DNA of 62,392 nt, counting the filler, from Vannella sp. (taxonomy: Eukaryota), in the NCBI GenBank assembly GCA_023345925.1. It is 8 parts of 8 records of this genome, joined end to end, with 100 filler letters (N's around TTAATTAATTAA, not from the genome) between each part and the next. Parts side by side here need not be neighbours in the genome. Positions count along the whole stretch, not along the records: positions 18,352 to 31,817 come from JAJQQN010000683.1; positions 31,918 to 40,322 come from JAJQQN010001316.1; 6 more parts are not named here. One strand, given 5' to 3'. The notes beneath the pieces were generated by a model. It saw only the letters and a program-made list of their open reading frames with translations. It was not told the DNA's origin and did no database searches. The translations under genes and the position numbers were made by a program. Positions 21,476-34,598 of this stretch are shown here, piece by piece (the first letter of the stretch is position 1; the number at the start of each line of letters is the position of its first letter).

Positions 21476-24400
21476 ATGAATAGCATGGTAGACATGCGTG
21501 ACGAGGCAATTACGATGCTCAATCGAACGACGGACTTTGAGGCAGCCGGCCATTCCTCTACACCAGCAGAGGCGCTTCGAGAGTTTTTAAAGTCCTGCTC
21601 GCGTGGGGGGCTACGGAATGCAGAGATGGTGCTGAGGAAGCATCCCTGCTTCATACACGCTTTCGATAGCCTCCTCACCTATCCTTTCCACGTAGCAGCA
21701 GCTAACGGCCACATCGCACTTTGCGGGTTTCTCCTCGCGAAGGGGGCTGACCCCATGTCTCTTGACATTGATGGCAACACCGCTCTCCATTACGCTGCTC
21801 GCAACGGTCGTTCAGAGACGATCGAGCACCTCGTTCAACAGAAGTTCCTTGAAGTCGACGTTCGAAACTATGTCAGTCTACCCTTCCCTGCTTCCGTTGG
21901 GAGCGCTTGTGGACACTACTCACATAAGCGTTAGTTTGGAGAGACGCCACTCTTTGTGGCCTTTGATAGAGAGAAGCCGGAGGCAGCTGTGGCTTTGTTA
22001 GAGCTTGGGGCTGATCCTAACTCCCAGGATATCGTACGATCGTCTTTGTTCAACACAGCAAGGACTCACTCTCTTGTTACAGCATGAACAGACCCCTTTT
22101 GAGCGGCGGAGACGCGACGATCCTGAGAATCGGCAGTTCCTAAGCGAGTTGCTGCGTTACTCGCTAGACAGGAAGTGTCCCGGTGCTATGACCACTGTGC
22201 TTTCAAGCTTCTTGGAGGAAGGAAGGCTGGACCTCTCCGAACTCTCCATCAATGTGTTACCAGAAGAGATGGGCTTCGCGCTGGAGGAGTTGGAGGTAGC
22301 AGAGGTGAACCTTGCCAACAACAAGCTCAACACCGTTCCCTCTTCTCTGCAGAAGTACGAGGTGCGGGTGGACGGCAACCCTCTGGACGGCATCCCCGAG
22401 CCCTTCCGCAAGTCGTGGGGGAAGATCCAAGAGTACCTCCGCTCCGTCCAGAACCGCTCAACCCAGTGGACTGAGTGTAAGCTGCTGTTCGTTGGTCAAG
22501 AAGGAGTTGGCAAGACGTAAGTCTCCTTGCTGATTCAGGGAGTGTTCTCATCGCCGGGGGATTCGCAGGACTCTCCTGAACGTGTTCAAGTCCAAGTCAG
22601 GGAAGGTCAACTGCAAGCAGAACTTGAGCACAAATGGCATCGCTATTTCAGAAGGGGTGAGCCTGGCCCCTGAGGAGAGGAAGGAGAAGCGAATGTCCAC
22701 CTTTTTGGGAGCTCCCAAGCGCAGGAAGGATGCCGTGAGCTTCAATTGCTGGGATTTAGGAGGCCAAGAGGTGTTCTATCCTACCCATCAGTTCTTCTTA
22801 ACTCCCAATTCAGTCTACATCCTCGCTTTTGACGCTTCCAAGCCAGAACACTCTCGTGTGGAGTACTGGATGCGCCAAATTCGTTCTTTAACGAACAACA
22901 GTGTTCGAGCACCTGTCTTCCTTGTTGGCACTCACATTGACCATCTCTCCTGTACTGAATCCTACCTTGAACGCTTGAAGACGCAAATCTTGCGCTCTTT
23001 CTCGCGAGCCCGGTTCCGGGGAATGCAAGGCGTTTATATGGTCAGCTGCAAGACTGGTGCTGGCATCTCAGAGCTTAAGGCCCGAATCTACAGCACCGTA
23101 ATGGCCAAGAATTTCCAACCGCAGGTGGCACAATCCTGGGTGGTTCTTCATGATCGGGTTCAGGCGTTGAAGCAAACAGTGGATACGATTGAATGGGAGG
23201 AATACGAACGGATTGCATTGAGTGCTGACATCCTGCCTGAGGACCTTCCATTGGCTACAGAGTTTTTGAGCGGGGTTGGATCGTTAATTCACTTCAAAGA
23301 CAAGAACGAAGGTTTGAGCCGCCTGGTCATTCTCAATCCTCAGTGGCTGGCTGATATCATGTCCGCTTTGATATCTTTCGAGCATAATTGGATCAAAGAT
23401 GGAATGCTACCCAGCAGTGCTCTACCACAGGTGTTTAAGAGATACCCGCAAACGATTCATCCAACTTTGATTGCACTTCTTGAACGCTTCAGCATCGTTC
23501 AGTCACTCTCACCAAAACAGTGCTCCTTCCTGACGGAAGATAAGATTGTCGTGACCTCAATGCTGCCAGAAAAGGAACCAGAAACTCTCTCACAAGATTG
23601 GCATCCGATTCTGAACGAGAAGTTTCTTCAGCAGGGAAAGATTTACAAATTTCCCTTCTTGCCTTTGGGCTTCTTTGGGCGCTTAATGATCCGCCTTCTT
23701 CATATTCCCCAGTTGCAGGGCAATCTGGTTTGGCGAAATGGATTAGTTGCTACTTACGGCTCCCAGAAGGCCCTGCTAACGTTTGATCCTACTGAATCTA
23801 CGTTGAATCTCCTTGTGAGGACGCCGCAAAACCTAATGCGCAATCGATATCGCCGAGAACCTGAGGGAGAGACCACGTCCCCTCGGGTGCGGGAGCATCT
23901 GATCATTCGTCTCATTGCTGCTGCTACAGACACTCTTATTGAGTCCTATCGAATGGGGACTATCCAACGGTTCATTCCTTGCTCCCATTGCTACAGCAGA
24001 GACATCTCTCCACCCTTTCTCTTCACCAACATGGAGTGTGTTGAAGCCATCACGAATGGTATTTCTACGCTCTATTGCAAACACTTACAACGCAAGAACA
24101 TGGCGGTCACTGTTGAGAGCCTCGCTCCAGACATCTCTTTCTCTGATATTCCTTTGATTAACAGCGCTGACCTGATCATTGGAAGGGAGATTGGGCGAGG
24201 TGCGTTTGGTGTTGTGTACTGTGGCCAGTGGCTTGGCAGCATGGTAGCTGTCAAGCAACTTTCCTCCAACTACACCAACGATGAGACCTTCAGCGAGTTC
24301 CAACAGGAAGTATTTGTAATGAGGTAGGACTATTTCTCTTCTACTGAACGCTTTGAGTAACAGGGGTGGGATGAAGTCAGTTAGATAGTCCTTATCTTGT

Positions 24401-26528
24401 GGCCTTGCGGGGAGTCACTCTCATTCCCAAGCTCATGATGGTTCTTGAGTACCTACCTTGCGGTGATCTTTACCAGCTTCTTCATCCGGACTCTGTGGAA
24501 GATACTGGAGTATCTGTCAACAGCAGAATCTCTCGAGAAAAGTTCCCATGGAGCTTAAGGCTTCTCATTGCGCTAGATATAGCCAAGGGGCTACAGTATC
24601 TCCAATCTCAAAGCCCTCCCATCGCTCATCGCGATCTGCGGTCGCCCAATATCTTCTTGACCTCTCTCAGCGAAGGCGACCCCGTCCGTGCCAAGGTTGC
24701 TGACTTTGGCCTCGCTCGGGCCATTGCTCCAGCGGTCTTTGGAGTACTCAATACGTGGCAATGGATTGCTCCCGAAGCCATATTTGACGGAGTGTTTGAC
24801 CTCAAGTCTGACATCTACAGCATGGCCATCTGCTTTTGGGAAATCGCTTCTCGTAACTATCCCTTTGATGAGTTCGTCTACCATCCAGGTTACTCTGTGG
24901 AGGGCATTCATGGTGATCGGGTTATTGATCAAGTGAAGATTAAGAGAGCTGTTGTGCATGAGGGGCTAAGACCTTCCTTGCCAGAGGTCTCGGAACTGTG
25001 CCCTCGCCCTTTTGATAGGTTAATAACCTCTTGTTGGGCCCCCAAACCTGAGGACCGTCCTCCAATTGATGAGGTAGTAGCTACTTTGACTGCATTAGTG
25101 GCCGATTATCATGTCAATCCCACTTACAAGGTCCAAAAAGCCACAGAAGATAGTGAATTACCCATTTCTATTGCACCTGATGTGGCCGCTCCTGTCAAGT
25201 TGGACCTGACAAAGCTACGGGAAGGAACTCCAGGCCACCCCGATGACACCAACTGGCTCTCTAGTCGGGAGGTACAGCGTCAACTAGAGAAAGCTGGCAT
25301 TTCATCCCCCCGCCCGGAGGCATTGGTGTCTCCCACTGAAGACGAAAGTGTACTTTTGAGATCAGGGAAACAGCCAAAGAAGAACTCGCAAGCAAAGAAA
25401 GCCTCTCAACGTTTCAAATTCTCCCGTCGATTGAGTCAACCCGTCCTTTTAACCGAAGAAGTCTCAGAGCTCGAACTCGGTCCTGAATCCAAGGAAGTAG
25501 GCCCATCTCCAAGAGGATTGGCCAGAATGGGAGAGCCCTCAGCGTTCTCTGTTGTTGGGGAGACAACGAGCTCTCACAAGATCAATTGTATCACAATGCA
25601 CGAGGACCTCAAGTCCATTTGGGCAGGGACGGACGAAGGAAAGATTGCAGTTTTCAACTCTGTCACAATGAGCTTTGAACGAGAATGGCTCGCTCATAAC
25701 ATGCCCATCTTCTCTCTTCTAGTAGTGAAGCCACGTATCCTCCGATCCCCAGCTATCTGGAGTGGCGACTCCACTGGACTCCTTCGAATTTGGGAAGAGC
25801 AGGACGGTGGCATGAAGCAAGAGTGGAAGCCCTTCCCAAGACCTTGCAGAATCAACGAACTAATCACTTATCAAGGCAAACGCAACAAAGTGTGGATGGC
25901 CAGCTTCTCCGAAAGCGACATTTTCATTATGGACACCGATGTAAGTCACCTTTGGCTCCCTCTCACCTCAGCACTTTTACTGACCAGTCTGCAGAGCGCT
26001 CAAATCCTTCATATTGTGAATTTGGAAGACAAAAATCGTCCCTCTGCTCTAAGTCAAGTGGGAGATACCATGTGGGTGGGACTCCATAGTGGAGTTATCA
26101 ATGTATATGCCAGCACAACACTTCTTCTGTCCTCGTGGAATGCTCACCACCTTGCTGTCCAGTCCATTGCTACCGTTCCCAAGTCTGAAACTGTTTGGAC
26201 ATGCGCGGGCGGACAAATCTCTTTGTGGACCTTCCACGACCGCTCCATTCAATCTCTCCGGACCATCGAAGTGGACGAATCCATTCGACAACTCAGCTAC
26301 ATTCCCGGCCTCAACTCCCTTTGGTGCATGGCCCAATCCAACGCAACCACCATTTGGGACACACTCGTCACCTCTCCCGTCCAAGAGATCACCGTCACCA
26401 AAGAAGAAGAGAACAAGGCCATCATGCGCGCACACGACAACTTTTTGGTCACTCTTTGCGGTCGTCACCGGTTGAGCAAGTGGTCCATCTCCCCTTCCAA
26501 AGACTCTGAATTCCGCAAATCTGCATAA
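21476..26528 (+). CDS. Roco/LRRK-family kinase (ANK-LRR-ROC-COR-kinase-WD40-like), about 5 introns
   Basis: Ankyrin TALHYAA; GQEGVGKT; WDLGGQEVFYPTHQFFLT; VGTHID; COR LNPQWL; HRDLRSPN, DFG, TWQWIAPE; beta-propeller tail. Confidence 0.93.
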
Positions 26529-26573
26529 AGTCATGTTTTCCAATCCATTGGGTCTGATTTGAGTATTCTTTGA

Positions 26574-27583
26574 ATGGCCTCTGCGGGTGACCGTCCGTCG
26601 CTTTGGTTAGATCAGCAGCGTTTGGAGACGCCTGAGGGCCTGACGCGGAGTCAGTTTAAGAAGAAGCTTCGTCAGGAGGCTTGGGAGGATCGGAAGGGGG
26701 AGGCGAAGGCGCAGGAACGGGCGAAGAGGAAAGAGCGGAAGAGAGTGCGAGCGGAAGGTTGTCCACGAACGTATGTGGCTTCAGTGGAAGAGATGGCGGG
26801 ACAGGACTTACTCCTTCCTCAAGATACACGGAGGAAGAGCAAGAAGCCTTCCGTAGGGTCAAAGAGAACCGAACCATCCGCACTGTTGGCTCTCATGCTC
26901 TCTGTTTGTTCATTGATTGCGAGTGGGAAGCCGTTATGGACCTCAAAGAGTGCCAAGGATTGGCGCAACAGCTTCGCATGTGCTATGGACTGAACCGTGA
27001 AGCGGATCCAGCTCACAAAGTGAAGCTTCGGATCACTTCGTTGACTTCTGACGGTCCCGTCCGGAAAACTCTTCAAAGCCTCAACGCCTCCCGATGGGGA
27101 CCTACCACAGAGTGTGAACAAGCTTCTCAGTGGCATGTAGGGCTCTGTGAAGGCGACTACGAGTCGGAAGCAGCAAAAGAACAGCAACTTCGCGGGTCTG
27201 CCATGGAGATTGTGTACTTAACCGCTGATGCAGTGGAGGAGCTCGAAGAACTCGATGCAGAAGGTTGTATCTATGTGATTGGAGGGCTTCTTGATCATAA
27301 CAGGCTGAAGAGGGCCACGTTTGAGCGAGCGATTAGCCGCGGCATTCGAACTGCTCGCTTGCCCATCTCCCGGTTTGTCTCTATCCAACGGAGACCTATT
27401 CTAACAGTCAACCACGTCTTCCACTTGCTCCTTACCTACTCAGCCACTCGTGACTGGCCATCCACGCTACTTTCTGTCCTTCCCCCTCGGATGGAAGCCT
27501 CTCTAGTGGGAGAAGGCCATTCAGAACCTCACCAACCACTCGACTCCCTCTCAGAAGACCATTCCGAAGACCTTCCAGAGTAG
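26574..27583 (+). CDS. TRM10: tRNA m1G9 methyltransferase Trm10, 1 intron
   Basis: VYLTADA, YVIGGLLDHNR, TARLPI, LTVNHVF. Confidence 0.92.
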
Positions 27584-27816
27584 GCCCTTGAAGGGTCTCC
27601 AACAATATTCCTCCAAGTCACTTCTTCCACCCAAACTGACTTCTCAAGTGAGGTGGGGACTCAGGTTCCTTCTTTCCACTTCAAAGTGAGACTGGAATAC
27701 GTACTTAGACCATGTACACTTGAAGGGGAGCCATTCTGGGATAAATAGAAAGTGTCTTTGGTAGAATAGTGTCTGAAATGAGGTTATTAGAAGAGCTGGA
27801 AAGTCCTTGGCGGTGT

Positions 27817-29619
27817 TTAGAAGGGTCGGGGAGGTCCTTGGCGGTGTTCTAAATCAGATGAGTTTCCAGAAGGTGCCAGAAAGGGGGAATCCTACTTGGT
27901 CGGGGGGCAGAGAAAGATTGCTGGTCGTCAACAAGGAAGGTGTGATCAGAGTTCCCTTTAAACTGATAACGCACCCACAGTTGCTTGCGTTGCCCAACGC
28001 ATGGATCATAGAAGCCATCCAAAACACTTTTGCTCTCGCGAGAAGTAAACTTAAGCTTCGAATCCTGCACCAGGAACTGCACAGGAAGAGTGACATCAAT
28101 ACGAAGGGGCAGTTCTGGGTCTGTTTCTTGCCCTCCGAACGATCCATACCACGCTTCGATAACAACTAAGCCTCCTCGAGCGCGTTCTTCTTCAATGATT
28201 CTCTCAACACTGTGTCTCATCAGCTCTACAGCACAGCGGGCCTCTTCTGCAGCAACGAGAATCTCTTCTTTGGACTGGCTGCTCACAAAAAAGGAAGCTT
28301 GGCGGTTCCAAACTCCTTGGATGAAGGCGTCTAGCAAAGTGCTTCCCAATAGAACTCCAAATTGGGGCACAATAACGGCCCCCACGGCTATCCCAGGAAG
28401 CAGAAGAGGCATTTCGATTGGCAGATTCACCCGGTACCCTTTCAAGTTGAGATTAACGCCATAATTCACTCTTCCACTCCACTTCAGATTGGTTTCCAGC
28501 TCCATGGAGACATTCCCCTGCTTCCACTTGCGCCCAAGAGCCAAAGTAACGTACTTGAATCCAACATCCACTCGCAGCCCCAAGTTACGAAGGAATCCCG
28601 CATTCGTCAATCTCTTGAGCTTCACAGACACTTTGTCCTGAGAGATCACCGCTTCGAAACGAGAGTTCTCTGGCTTGTACGAGAGTGATGGAACGAAGAC
28701 TTGGTCCGAGTCCACATGAAGGTGAGCCGTCCAGGATTCAGTCAAAGGGTTCTGGAAATCCAGAGATATCGAGGTTCCTTCTACTGTTGAGCAGGTAGTA
28801 GATACTTTCATCGATGCCCCACTGGTACCCAAGGAGCTTTCATAGCTTGCTGATAGCTGCTGTGACAATCCCACCAGAATCTGGTTCCCTGACCTCAGGA
28901 TCTCTCTCAGAGGGGCGCGGTTGGCTTACCCCGAGTGTAAAGCAGCTTCCTTGGCCAAAGTAGCTAGCACTACCGTCGAAGAACACGTTATTCACTGCTC
29001 TTCTTGTGCACAGGGCGCCCAGCGAGCCCCGGAGGAGAAGATTGGGAGTGACAAGGCGCTTCGGGCTCATGTGAGTTCGCTAGAATCAAAGAACCTCACT
29101 TAAGGGAGCAAGGTACATACCTGTACGCCTTGGGTGACAAGGACTTGGTCAATAACCGGAGTTTGTTGTGGATTACGGAAGCTAAGGGGCATGTAGAACC
29201 TTCCAAAGGCAGATCTCTCGGAGTGAGACTGTACCTTACGAAGCAAAGAGATGGTGTCTGCTCTATTTCCTCCCTGGCTGCTCTCCAGGAAGAGGAGAAC
29301 GCCGCGGTAACCATACTCGTCGTAGATTTCTCGAAGATGTGAGTCCAGCAGCACTCGCTTGGCAAACTCAATGGAAGGAAACTTCTTATGTGCAAACTTC
29401 TGCTCCTCTACAGAGCGAACATGACGATCAGGATGATAGCACAGCGATAGCTTATGGTACTTTCGCCTTATCTCCGCCTCTGTCGCCTTCAATCCCCTCC
29501 CTTCAGTCCCCCACTCGATCATCAGCCACTCTTACATCCTCCTTCACCCCCAGAACTTGATAAAGGCTCTTGGAAGTGTCCACATAGTCGGGTATCGTAA
29601 TCGGCGTGTGGTCCCCCAT
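27817..29619 (-). CDS. DNAJC11: DnaJ protein with C-terminal DUF3395 domain, spliced
   Basis: J domain YHPD; GLVVIEAWYG, DVTLPVQFLV, GFYDPC...KQLWVRY; inferred short last exon ending at 27817. Confidence 0.88.
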
Positions 29620-29717
29620 TTGCCGCCAAAAAAATGAAAACCCACGCGCCCATGGGCTTTAAGTGATTTAATTATGATTTATATAATATAATGAGACGGT
29701 TGGGGTCATTCTTCAGC

Positions 29718-30924
29718 ATGTTGGCGCGCTTTGCAGGTTCCCGTCAAACCTTGTCTGTTGGTCGCCGTCTCTTTGCCACGCAGAGACCTGCTGTGTTCAT
29801 AGATGAGAACACGCGTGTGATTTGTCAAGGATTCACTGGAAAGCAGGTGAGAGGGAGCTGGGTTCTGTCGCTTTCGCTTGAAGGGGGGTTTGCTGCTGTG
29901 TACTGAAGGAGGAGGATCCAGGGAACCTTCCACAGTCAACAAGCAATCGATTACGGAACAAACATGGTCGGTGGAGTGTCCCCTGGTAAGGGTGGACAGA
30001 CACACCTTCAGTTGCCTGTTTTCAACAACGTTAAGGAGGTGAGCGTCTTTCTATCCCTGATAGGCTTCTTGCTACCGCTCTCCTTGATTTACTATGATTT
30101 TATGACTCCCTCTGTCCCTCTCCACTGGTTGGCGCTGACCAAACAGGGCGATTGATGTAGGCTGTTGCTGAGACCCAAGCGGACGCTACTGTCATCTATG
30201 TCCCAGCTCCTTTCGCTGCCGCTGCTATCATGGAAGCCCTTGAGGCAGAGATCGAGCTCGTGGTTTGCATCACAGAAGGGATCCCTCAGCAAGACATGGT
30301 GAAGGTTGGTCTGCCTTCGTACGCCCCCAAAGACCCCTTCTGAACCCTTTCTAGGTTAAGAACGCTCTCATGCAGCAGAGCAAGACCCGTCTTATCGGCC
30401 CCAACTGCCCTGGCATCATCAAACCAGGAGCCTGCAAGATTGGTATCATGCCTGGCCACATCCACCAAGTCGGCAAGATCGGCATTGTCTCTCGATCAGG
30501 CACTCTGACCTACGAAGCCGTGGCGCAGACTACCGCCACCAAACTTGGACAAAGCACCTGCGTGGGCATTGGTGGTGACCCCTTCAACGGCACTAACTTC
30601 ATTGATGTACTCGCTCGCTTCCGATTGGACCCCCAGACAGAGGGTATCATTCTGATCGGTGAGATTGGTGGAACTGCAGAGGAAGAAGCTGCCGAGTTCC
30701 TCGTGAACAACCCAACGGACAAGCCTGTTGTAGCGTTCATTGCTGGTCTCACTGCACCCCCTGGTCGCCGCATGGGTCATGCTGGTGCCATCATCTCTGG
30801 TGGAAAGGGTGGAGCCAACGAGAAGATCAAGGCACTTCGTGATGCCGGTGTCATCGTCGTCGAGTCCCCTGCCAAGCTGGGAGAGGTCATGTACGAGGAG
30901 ATGAAGAAGCGAGGCAAAGCATAA
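29718..30924 (+). CDS. SUCLG1: Succinyl-CoA ligase alpha subunit, 3 introns
   Basis: [36 protein letters not shown]. Confidence 0.97.
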
Positions 30925-30977
30925 GCACTTCCACTTCCCTGATAAAGCAGCCCACTCAATCACTCATTGCGGCAGCC

Positions 30978-31817
30978 TTACGCCCCGAAGCTGTTTATGC
31001 GAGCAGCTGTGTCACCCATCAACTCAAAGGAGGCCATGGGAACACCAGCGTTAAAGTAGTACTGAAGTACACCAGATACAGCAAACACACCGATCAGGAA
31101 GACTCCCTGGTTCGAGCGGAGCTTGGGGAGGAAGCTCATTCCTCCACAGCAGATCGCTGACACTGCTAAGAGGATCAAGGATACAGTGTAGCTTGGACTA
31201 TCCCAAGAAAAGTCCTTTGATGTGCCGTACAAGCAGAAGATACCGCACAGGAGAGTGGTTTTGGTGATTGTGCCTCCCACCAGGTTGCTGAAGGCGATGT
31301 TGATGTTCTGTAGGTTGCCCTTTCGTGATAGAGAGATGCTTTCGAGGATCTCAGGTGCTTCAGAGGCGATGGGAGCCAAGAAGAAAGCCAAAAGTGCAGA
31401 GTTGACGTTCCATGTCGTTGCTATGTCGACCACAGAGGCAATGAAGGGTGAAGAGAACAGGATTATGAGTACTCCACCAACTAGTAAGAACAAGGCACCC
31501 TTCAGGGCACTCTGGTGTTCCTCTTCGTCGTCGCTGTCATCTCCTCCCACTTTGGGGAGATCAGCAAGCTTTCGCAGAAGCGGAGAGCATTCACAAACCT
31601 TCCAGGTCCCGGTCTTCTTTCTTCTCGTGGTTGTCAGGCGAGGGCGAGTGAAGGAGGGAGTAAAAGAGGAAGGCCACATAAGAAGCCCCTCCGATCACCC
31701 CCAGAACTCCACTGAAACCCACAGTTGCCATGGCTAACGGTACAAGAGAGGACATGCAGAGGATAGCGCACTGTTGCTTGACCTGCAGGGAGGCGTTAAG
31801 CGAGAACTTGGGGAAGC
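30978..31817 (-). CDS. Na+/Ca2+ exchanger-like (NCL/CaCA) membrane protein, 5' truncated
   Basis: FSSPFI...AFFLAPIASEAPE...FSNLVGG alpha-repeat motif, several TM helices. Confidence 0.75.
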
Positions 31818-31917
31818 NNNNNNNNNNNNNNNNNNNNNNNNNNNNNNNNNNNNNNNNNNNNTTAATTAATTAANNNNNNNNNNNNNNNNNNNNNNNNNNN
31901 NNNNNNNNNNNNNNNNN

Positions 31918-34470
31918 CCCGCAACGGCATCTGCTCCTGTACCCTCCTCCAAGGCCTCAGGTCCAGACGTCATCGTTTCTGGTGTAGGAGCAAGTTCTAG
32001 GGAGGCGTTCAGCCGACCAACCCCTCCTGGGAGACCCGTCTCCGTCGCCCCTCGATCAATCCCGCCTGTCAACCCTTCCCCGCTGACGCAAGCACGTACT
32101 CGAGTCTCTATGAGAAACCCAGATCTAGAGAAGCAACTGGGTATGATGAGAGCTCCGGGAACACCTCCCACAAAGCGGGAGGACGACACTCCCCCCGATT
32201 CTCTCCCTCCAGCGCCTCCAGCACCTCCCGTTGAAGACAAGCGCAAGTCCAAGCTATCACGGCCAACTCCTAAGAAGGCTGCAACGGCAGCCTCCAAAGT
32301 GTACGGCACTCTGCCTCGTCTTATTGGAGGAAAGGATAAGGAGAAGAAGGAGGCGGACTGTCCCCCTGCGTTGGAGACTCCTCCTTCTGGAATCCGTGTC
32401 TCTGAGCCATCTGCTCGAAGGAACAGCAAGGATCCAAAGGACAGAGGACCTTACGGGAGCTCGGACAATCTCTTTCCCGAGCCTGCCGCTCCTCAGGAGG
32501 ATAACGTCAAGTGGAAGCGCGGAGCAGAAGCAGAAGCAATCATGAAGCTCCTTGCAGAGACGAAGGATGCAATGGAAGCGGAAGCAAGCGCTGCAAAAGA
32601 AGGCTCCGCGCCCATTCCAAGTGCCGATATTCTCGACGCAGAGGCCATCATGAAGATCCTGGGTCTGGAAGAACCTGGTATCAAGCTTCCTGAGAAGGCT
32701 AAGAACGGAGAGGAGAAGGCACTGGACCCCGTCTCGGAACTACAACTGACTGAACGTAACTTCATCGCAGATCTCGGTCTCCTCAACGAGACCTTCATCA
32801 AGCCGGTCCGTAACGGACACATACTTCCCAGCAACACAATAGATGACTTGGCTCTCAACTTGGAGCGCCTCATCTCGCTCCACCGCGAGTTGTACAAAAA
32901 GTTCCTCGCTGACAGCTCCCTCAAGGGCATTGCTGACACCTTCTCGGAAGAGGTGATCTCAGAGTTGGAGCGCCTCTATACAGTCTACATGGGACACTAC
33001 GAGAACGCTCTCGCCCTCTTCTATGACCGGCGGGACACTTCCGCCCCTTTCCGCAAATATCTCAAACAACGCGAGGAGATGACCGACAAGAGCGTTCCTA
33101 ACTTGATGGTTACTCCTGTACAACGCGTGTGCAAGTATGAGATGATGTTGGCCAGTATTAAGAAGACAATCATGAAAACAGCGGATCCCGAAGATACTGA
33201 GCTTCCTGTCCAAGCTGTGAGGATGCAGAAGACAATCGATGCACTGAATATTGCTCTGCAGAATGTTGATGCTCGTAGGGCGGCGGCGGACAACTGGGAT
33301 AAGATAACAGAGTTGGAGAATAACTTGATGTTGGCCGAGCCTCTTTCTAAGGAGGGCAGAACCATTCTTTTAGACACGGATGTGACTATCAAGGATCGTG
33401 AGGGAGAACAGCTTCTCAAGTTGGTTCTGTTTAACGATCAATTGATTCGAACTCGCATTCCCAAGAAGTCCAAGAAAGCCAGACTTTTGAATTGTCTGCA
33501 ATTGGGGCAGATTCAATTGATCGATATCTCTCAGCACGACGTAATGCATTATACTTCGCTCAAAGGAGTTGAGACGGCAGAGCGCTTCTCTCTTTATGTT
33601 GTATCGAATGACCCGCGGGTGGACATCTGGACGGTTCACTTTCCCACAGAGGAACTGAGGCGAGAATGGAAGGACGGACTTGAACCACGAATTCTCAGTT
33701 TTGATCGTTTCTGTGAGGAATGGAAAATCCCCTTCAAGAAGAAAGACTCTCTTCTTGCAGCCGATGGAGGCAGTTGGCCCCAGGAGTACGTGAAAGAATG
33801 CCGACTGTTTGTGACAACTCAGTTCCTCTGTATTCTGTGGAAAATGTTTGGCTGTGAAGAGAGGGAAACTGTTCCTTTGAATTCTGTCACCGGAGTCCAG
33901 CAAGTCACTTTGGGCAAGGAGAAGGGGCTGAAGATCTCTGCAGCCAACTGGAAGCAGGATTATACATTTACTAACTTAGAGAACATCGATAATACCGAAG
34001 CTGTCCTTTGTAAAGCAATACAGCTTGCAGACGATACGGTAGACACCAGCTCCCCCTCGCCATTGGCCCGGAAAGCCACAGCGGGATCTATCTCTGTCCA
34101 GCGCAACATCAACCCGTTCCTACTCTCTCCTATGGAGTGGAAGGCCATTTGGGCCAACGGGACGGAGAAAGTGTTGCAACCAGGAGAGAACATTGTCCGC
34201 TCCATCCAAAAAGAGCCCAGCCTTTACCAGTTACAGAGCGGGACTGTCATCATCCGCAGTGCCAAACCACAGGTTCTCTCTACAAGTGGCGACATTTTCA
34301 ATGTGGCTGCATTCTTAGAGCCTGGTCGCCCTGCTTTTGATGTGATGGCAGGTGAAGAGGGTCCTGTCACAGTCCTCGTTCTCCAACGGACAGACTTAAT
34401 GGGAAGCTGCGACACCAATCAACTTATGAAGTTCTTTGCCACACTCTCTCGCCGACTAAGCCCACTCTAA
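31918..34470 (+). CDS. RhoGEF: Pro-rich region, DH, PH, GRAM, cNMP-binding-like domain; 5' truncated
   Basis: ELQLTERNF, PVQRVCKYEM, LVLFNDQL, RLFVTTQFLC, LYQLQSG...GDIF. Confidence 0.85.
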   Translation, partial: PATASAPVPSSKASGPDVIVSGVGASSREAFSRPTPPGRPVSVAPRSIPPVNPSPLTQARTRVSMRNPDLEKQLGMMRAPGTPPTKREDDTPPDSLPPAPPAPPVEDKRKSKLSRPTPKKAATAASKVYGTLPRLIGGKDKEKKEADCPPALETPPSGIRVSEPSARRNSKDPKDRGPYGSSDNLFPEPAAPQEDNVKWKRGAEAEAIMKLLAETKDAMEAEASAAKEGSAPIPSADILDAEAIMKILGLEEPGIKLPEKAKNGEEKALDPVSELQLTERNFIADLGLLNETFIKPVRNGHILPSNTIDDLALNLERLISLHRELYKKFLADSSLKGIADTFSEEVISELERLYTVYMGHYENALALFYDRRDTSAPFRKYLKQREEMTDKSVPNLMVTPVQRVCKYEMMLASIKKTIMKTADPEDTELPVQAVRMQKTIDALNIALQNVDARRAAADNWDKITELENNLMLAEPLSKEGRTILLDTDVTIKDREGEQLLKLVLFNDQLIRTRIPKKSKKARLLNCLQLGQIQLIDISQHDVMHYTSLKGVETAERFSLYVVSNDPRVDIWTVHFPTEELRREWKDGLEPRILSFDRFCEEWKIPFKKKDSLLAADGGSWPQEYVKECRLFVTTQFLCILWKMFGCEERETVPLNSVTGVQQVTLGKEKGLKISAANWKQDYTFTNLENIDNTEAVLCKAIQLADDTVDTSSPSPLARKATAGSISVQRNINPFLLSPMEWKAIWANGTEKVLQPGENIVRSIQKEPSLYQLQSGTVIIRSAKPQVLSTSGDIFNVAAFLEPGRPAFDVMAGEEGPVTVLVLQRTDLMGSCDTNQLMKFFATLSRRLSPL

Positions 34471-34598
34471 GCCATCATCCCGACTGTATTTCTACCCTCA
34501 ACCCAATTAAACGCCCCCAAAGGTCCCCAATCCACTCCCTCCCCATTCAATTGTCATTTCGCGCTTATGTAATCGATTTCTAACAACAGGGAAGTGAA

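Noticed and set aside
27797..27806. GGAAAGTCC as an RNase P/MRP conserved region
   Set aside because: Lies in the duplicated DNAJC11 3' end; no partner P4 strand found
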